Virus record (IMG/VR): IMGVR_UViG_3300031973_001557
Coordinates: 8,416 to 72,415 of that record
Length of the DNA stretch: 64,000 bases
Strand: one strand, 5' to 3'
Origin: a virus
Below the pieces are notes generated by a model. It did no database searches. It saw nothing but the letters and a program-made list of their open reading frames with translations, and had not been told where the DNA came from. The position numbers and the translations under genes were made by a program. Shown in pieces: positions 60,554 to 64,000 of the stretch. The number at the start of each line of letters is the position of its first letter. The first letter of the stretch is position 1.

Positions 60554-60627
60554 GCTCCGGTAGCTCAGCTGGATAGAGCAACTGCCTTCTAAGCAGTAGG
60601 TCCTAGGTTCGAATCCTAGCCGGAGTA
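60554..60627 (+). tRNA. tRNA-Arg(UCU)
   Basis: Acceptor GCTCCGG/CCGGAGT, D-arm GCTC..GAGC, anticodon arm ACTGC-CTTCTAA-GCAGT, T-arm CTAGG-TTCGAAT-CCTAG; CCA not encoded. Confidence 0.93.
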
Positions 60628-60653
60628 CTATTTTTTAATTTTAATTTTATGTT

Positions 60654-60824
60654 ATGAAAATTTCGAAATCTAATTTAATTATTTTAAGTACAGCAGTTAT
60701 TAGTTTAGTAGCTTCTGAATACTTTTATTTTACTGGTAATGTAGAACAAGCTATGTTTGTTGGTCAATGGGTACCATCAATCTTATGTGCGGGCATTTAT
60801 TTAAATATTCTAAAGAATAAATAA
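60654..60824 (+). CDS. 56-aa two-TM membrane protein (unannotated)
   Basis: MKISKSNLIILSTAVISLVASEYFYFTGNVEQAMFVGQWVPSILCAGIYLNILKNK*; TAATG coupling to the next ORF. Confidence 0.65.
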   Translation: MKISKSNLIILSTAVISLVASEYFYFTGNVEQAMFVGQWVPSILCAGIYLNILKNK

Positions 60825-61018
60825 TGGTAGGGTTTTTAGCGTCCTTAGTTACAGCTCTTTTTTCGATTGGAGTTTACACTTTAATATCAGAAGGAACTAA
60901 AGCTGATGCTGAGCAAACACCGATTAATTCTAGCTTTCTAGTAAAGATGGCTGGTTTCTTTTTGATGTTAATAGTAGGTATTTTTACTGTTGTAATAGTA
61001 GGATATAATTATTTCTAA
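60824..61018 (+). CDS. 64-aa two-TM membrane protein
   Basis: Two hydrophobic segments; translationally coupled to the previous ORF. Confidence 0.55.
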   Translation: MVGFLASLVTALFSIGVYTLISEGTKADAEQTPINSSFLVKMAGFFLMLIVGIFTVVIVGYNYF

Positions 61019-61019
61019 T

Positions 61020-61322
61020 ATGAGTATTAAAAATATTTTATTAGCTTTATTATTTATACCAAGTATTAGTTTTTCACAATTAATGTTTGAGGTTGATTAT
61101 GCTTATCAAGCGGATATTTTATTGTATGAAGTAGATTATGCTTATCAAGCGGATATTAAATACTGGGTAGCTGATTATCAATTCCAAGCAGATGAACAAA
61201 AACATCATTGGTTTTTAGTTAGATATCCTTACCAAGCTCGTTATAAAATATTTTGGGTAGATTATAGATATCAAGCTGATAAACTTGTTTTTAGAGTAAA
61301 TAATCCATGGGAGACCTACTAA
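61020..61322 (+). CDS. exported protein with VDYxYQAD repeats
   Basis: Signal peptide; about five VDYAYQAD-type repeats. Confidence 0.65.
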   Translation: MSIKNILLALLFIPSISFSQLMFEVDYAYQADILLYEVDYAYQADIKYWVADYQFQADEQKHHWFLVRYPYQARYKIFWVDYRYQADKLVFRVNNPWETY

Positions 61323-61323
61323 T

Positions 61324-61396
61324 GACTCGGTAGCTCAGCTGGTAGAGCAATACACTTTTAATGTATGGGTCCTGGGTTCGAACCCCAGCCGAGTCA
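61324..61396 (+). tRNA. tRNA-Lys(UUU)
   Basis: Acceptor GACTCGG/CCGAGTC, anticodon arm ATACA-CTTTTAA-TGTAT, T-arm CTGGG-TTCGAAC-CCCAG; CCA not encoded. Confidence 0.93.
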
Positions 61397-61482
61397 CAGT
61401 TTATAAACATTTTACGATATTTATCATTACACGATTACATATCGAGGCTTAATCTAGCTATATTTTTAACCAAACTTTTATC

Positions 61483-62175
61483 ATGAAAAAATATTATTTA
61501 GCAATGCTACTACTAGCGATTAGCTTTATGTTTATGCAAAAAACATATACTAAGCAACATCCAGTACCAAAGTTAGTTCCAATACATATTCAAGATACAG
61601 TTTTACCATTACCAACGACTCCAGATACTTTAAAAGCTGATACGCTATATGAAGGAGGAGATCTTAGTTATATGCATTTTAAACCTTATAACGGATATCC
61701 AGATTCAGTAAGCTTAGTTTTAGTTTTAGATACAGGAGAGTTTACTTTTCCTGTAGGAGGTAAAGTTACAAGTGGTTATGGTTATAGACGTCAAGGTTGG
61801 CATGGTGCTCTAGATATTGGTTATAATAATAGAGATACAACAACAGCAGCTTTTGATGGAGTAGTAAGATGGTCTCGCTATGGTTATAATGGTGGATATG
61901 GAAACTTAGTTATTATCAGACATTTTAATGGTATTGAAACTTACTATGCTCATTTTAGAGAATTATTAGTAGAAGAAGGAGATACTATTACAAATGGAAC
62001 ACCAATTGGTAGAATAGGTAGTACTGGAAATTCATTAGGACCTCACTTACATTTTGAAACTAGATTCTTAGGAGCTCAATTTAATCCAAATGAAATTATG
62101 GATATGGAAGGTGACTCTCTTTACACTGATTCTATTACTTTAATTCGCTATAGAAATCGATACACTGTTAAATAA
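61483..62175 (+). CDS. M23 family peptidase with N-terminal signal/anchor
   Basis: VTSGYGYR, HGALD, GYGNLVIIRH, YAHF, GSTGNSLGPHLHFETR. Confidence 0.9.
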   Translation: MKKYYLAMLLLAISFMFMQKTYTKQHPVPKLVPIHIQDTVLPLPTTPDTLKADTLYEGGDLSYMHFKPYNGYPDSVSLVLVLDTGEFTFPVGGKVTSGYGYRRQGWHGALDIGYNNRDTTTAAFDGVVRWSRYGYNGGYGNLVIIRHFNGIETYYAHFRELLVEEGDTITNGTPIGRIGSTGNSLGPHLHFETRFLGAQFNPNEIMDMEGDSLYTDSITLIRYRNRYTVK

Positions 62176-62203
62176 TTTTTTATATTTATTATAAAAAAGT
62201 TTA

Positions 62204-64000
62204 ATGTTTTTTATATCTAATCCTGGACCTTGGCAAAGCTTTGTAAGAAGATCTGATAATGTTGGTCTTCCTTTAATGGAAGTAAAGCAAAAGTATCTTA
62301 AAGAACAAGCTTTATTTGAAGCTGATCAACGAAGACAATACAATGAGTATCTAAAAATGATTCATCATAGTCAAGGAGGATCAGGAGGAGGAGTGGGATT
62401 TTCCGGTCAAGGTATTGATGGCCCTATTGCGGGTGCAACTGTTTTAGCAGTAGCTGAAGGAAAAACTACTACAACAGATGCTAATGGATTCTTTACATTT
62501 AATTTTGTACCAGCAGGAGATATTGAATTAACTGGAGGAACTGATACAGTAACAGGAGTAGCATTTACAGGCACATTAAAAGCTCCTCAAGGTTCAACTA
62601 TTATTTCTCCTATCACTACTGCTATCAAAGAAATAATGAATCAAGGCAAATCTGAAGATGAAGCAACAACTGATTTCTTTGAATTTGCTAAAAAGGTATA
62701 TGATATTGATGTGCCAGCAGGAAAAAGAGAAAGAGTTAAATCTGAAAACTTTATTAATTTAGCTACCACTGATAGTGATTTTCTTAAAGTAGTAGGGCTT
62801 GCTACAACTCTAGAATCAGCAGCTGAAGTAGCAGGTGAAGCAGCAACGAGAGCAGCAGTAGGTAAAACATTAAATAATGCTAAAGAAAGCTTTTATGCAC
62901 AAATTGGTCAAATTTGTAGAGATAATAACTTTAAAACAAACACAGTAGATGATAACGCTAAAAATGATTTTAAAACCACTTTAATGCGAGTGGATAGTAA
63001 TGTATCAGCTGCTAATGCACGAGCAATAAGAGAAGCTCTCGATAACCAATTAACAAGAGTACAGGAGATAGTTAATGATGTTAATATGGATAAAGAGTTT
63101 GGAATTACTTCAGTGATGGCTCAAAACCGTATAGCTAAAAAAGAAATTACAAATAATGTTAAAATGTTATATGATGGAACTATAGATATAGCAAGCGTTA
63201 AAGCTAGAAGCGAATCTGCTGTTAATAGTGAAAATAATCAAATTCAACAACTAGGAACTATATTTGAAGGTAAGCCAAATAAAGAAGAACCTTCTGAAGA
63301 ATCACAAGCTAATTTATATCCTACAGCAGTAGATTATGTAACTGAATCAGATGGCAATAAATATGCTCAAGGAGAATTAACAAGATCTTTATCAACTAAA
63401 ATAAACGGACTACCAACTTACTCAGGAATTATTAATAGTGAAGCAACCTTTTTATGGTATGATAGAAGTATAAGAAGCTGGGTATTAGATAATAACTTAG
63501 AAGCGCCTTATATTGCTGCAAATACAATTGGACGCACATTTCCTATTTATGGTAACTATGTTGATAAAAGAGCTGGGGTTACTGTTATTATAGCTAAACC
63601 TGATGAATATCCTGATGCTCCTTCAGTGGGGCAAGGTGGGAGAAGGACTATTGATTCTTTAAATGCAAGAAATGGACTTGGTTGGAGTATAGCCGATAAT
63701 GGAGAAACTAATCGTGAAACAGGAGTCACTACTTGGCAAGTCAGAGGAAAGATTACTCCTGGTACTATTGATGGAAGAGCTAGTCTAGCATTCTTTGATG
63801 GTGACTTTACTATTACTCAAAATGAAGGTTCACAATTATATGTAATAACTTTAGGACGAAGAGGAGCTAATTTTGTAGAAGGTCTTAGCACTACTAGTTT
63901 AAGCTTCTTTAACATGGGAGTTAGATTAAGTGATATCCGTCAGCGAATTAATCAAACTAGAGCATTTACACCTACATTTGTAGCTGCTAGCTTTACATAA
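62204..64000 (+). CDS. putative virion-associated protein: short N-terminal module, Gly linker, then a bacterial surface-protein-like domain
   Basis: TATTTAT upstream; GGSGGGVG linker; DGPIAGATV...TTTDANGFF...GGTD..TG...LKAP...ISPITT. Confidence 0.55.
   Translation: MFFISNPGPWQSFVRRSDNVGLPLMEVKQKYLKEQALFEADQRRQYNEYLKMIHHSQGGSGGGVGFSGQGIDGPIAGATVLAVAEGKTTTTDANGFFTFNFVPAGDIELTGGTDTVTGVAFTGTLKAPQGSTIISPITTAIKEIMNQGKSEDEATTDFFEFAKKVYDIDVPAGKRERVKSENFINLATTDSDFLKVVGLATTLESAAEVAGEAATRAAVGKTLNNAKESFYAQIGQICRDNNFKTNTVDDNAKNDFKTTLMRVDSNVSAANARAIREALDNQLTRVQEIVNDVNMDKEFGITSVMAQNRIAKKEITNNVKMLYDGTIDIASVKARSESAVNSENNQIQQLGTIFEGKPNKEEPSEESQANLYPTAVDYVTESDGNKYAQGELTRSLSTKINGLPTYSGIINSEATFLWYDRSIRSWVLDNNLEAPYIAANTIGRTFPIYGNYVDKRAGVTVIIAKPDEYPDAPSVGQGGRRTIDSLNARNGLGWSIADNGETNRETGVTTWQVRGKITPGTIDGRASLAFFDGDFTITQNEGSQLYVITLGRRGANFVEGLSTTSLSFFNMGVRLSDIRQRINQTRAFTPTFVAASFT

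Noticed and set aside
60554-61396. Repeat CGGTAGCTCAGCTGG as an att site or mobile-element end
   Set aside because: Explained by the conserved D-arm of two tRNAs; no integrase is visible.
1-64000. Stop-codon reassignment (alternative genetic code)
   Set aside because: Genes are full length and densely packed under code 11; TAG and TGA stops fall at sensible gene ends.

Overview
This window is a 64 kb, AT-rich (roughly 30% GC by eye), single-strand-coded (+) segment of a large T4-superfamily myovirus. The host is most likely Bacteroidota: there are no Shine-Dalgarno motifs, the promoter elements resemble the Bacteroidota -7 box, and several ORFs carry signal peptides. Gene order: head module (terminase, portal, protease, scaffold, major capsid), PhoH, three fibre/receptor-binding cassettes, neck, tail sheath and tube, tail chaperone, tape measure, baseplate/hub, replication genes (a miniature PolA-like protein, SSB, RecA-like, 5'-3' exonuclease, DnaB-like helicase, NrdB/NrdA), a complete 7-deazaguanine DNA-modification cluster (queC, queD, TGT/DpdA-like, PurN-like formyltransferase, kinase, queF, queE, folE2, NTP pyrophosphohydrolase), a PolB lacking motif C, a 926-aa putative head polyprotein, lysis/nuclease genes and two tRNAs. 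The main points of interest are: (1) a probable pre-replicative formyl-preQ1 guanine-replacement pathway linked to a split PolB; (2) an unannotated +1 frameshift extension of the tail chaperone; (3) a pervasive [ST]-[GAS]-S motif in exterior virion proteins; (4) a small head protein that copies the capsid N-arm; (5) a polyprotein with protease-like junctions; and (6) a PolA with His in place of the steric-gate Glu. All functional calls come from motif recognition and synteny; no database searches were run.
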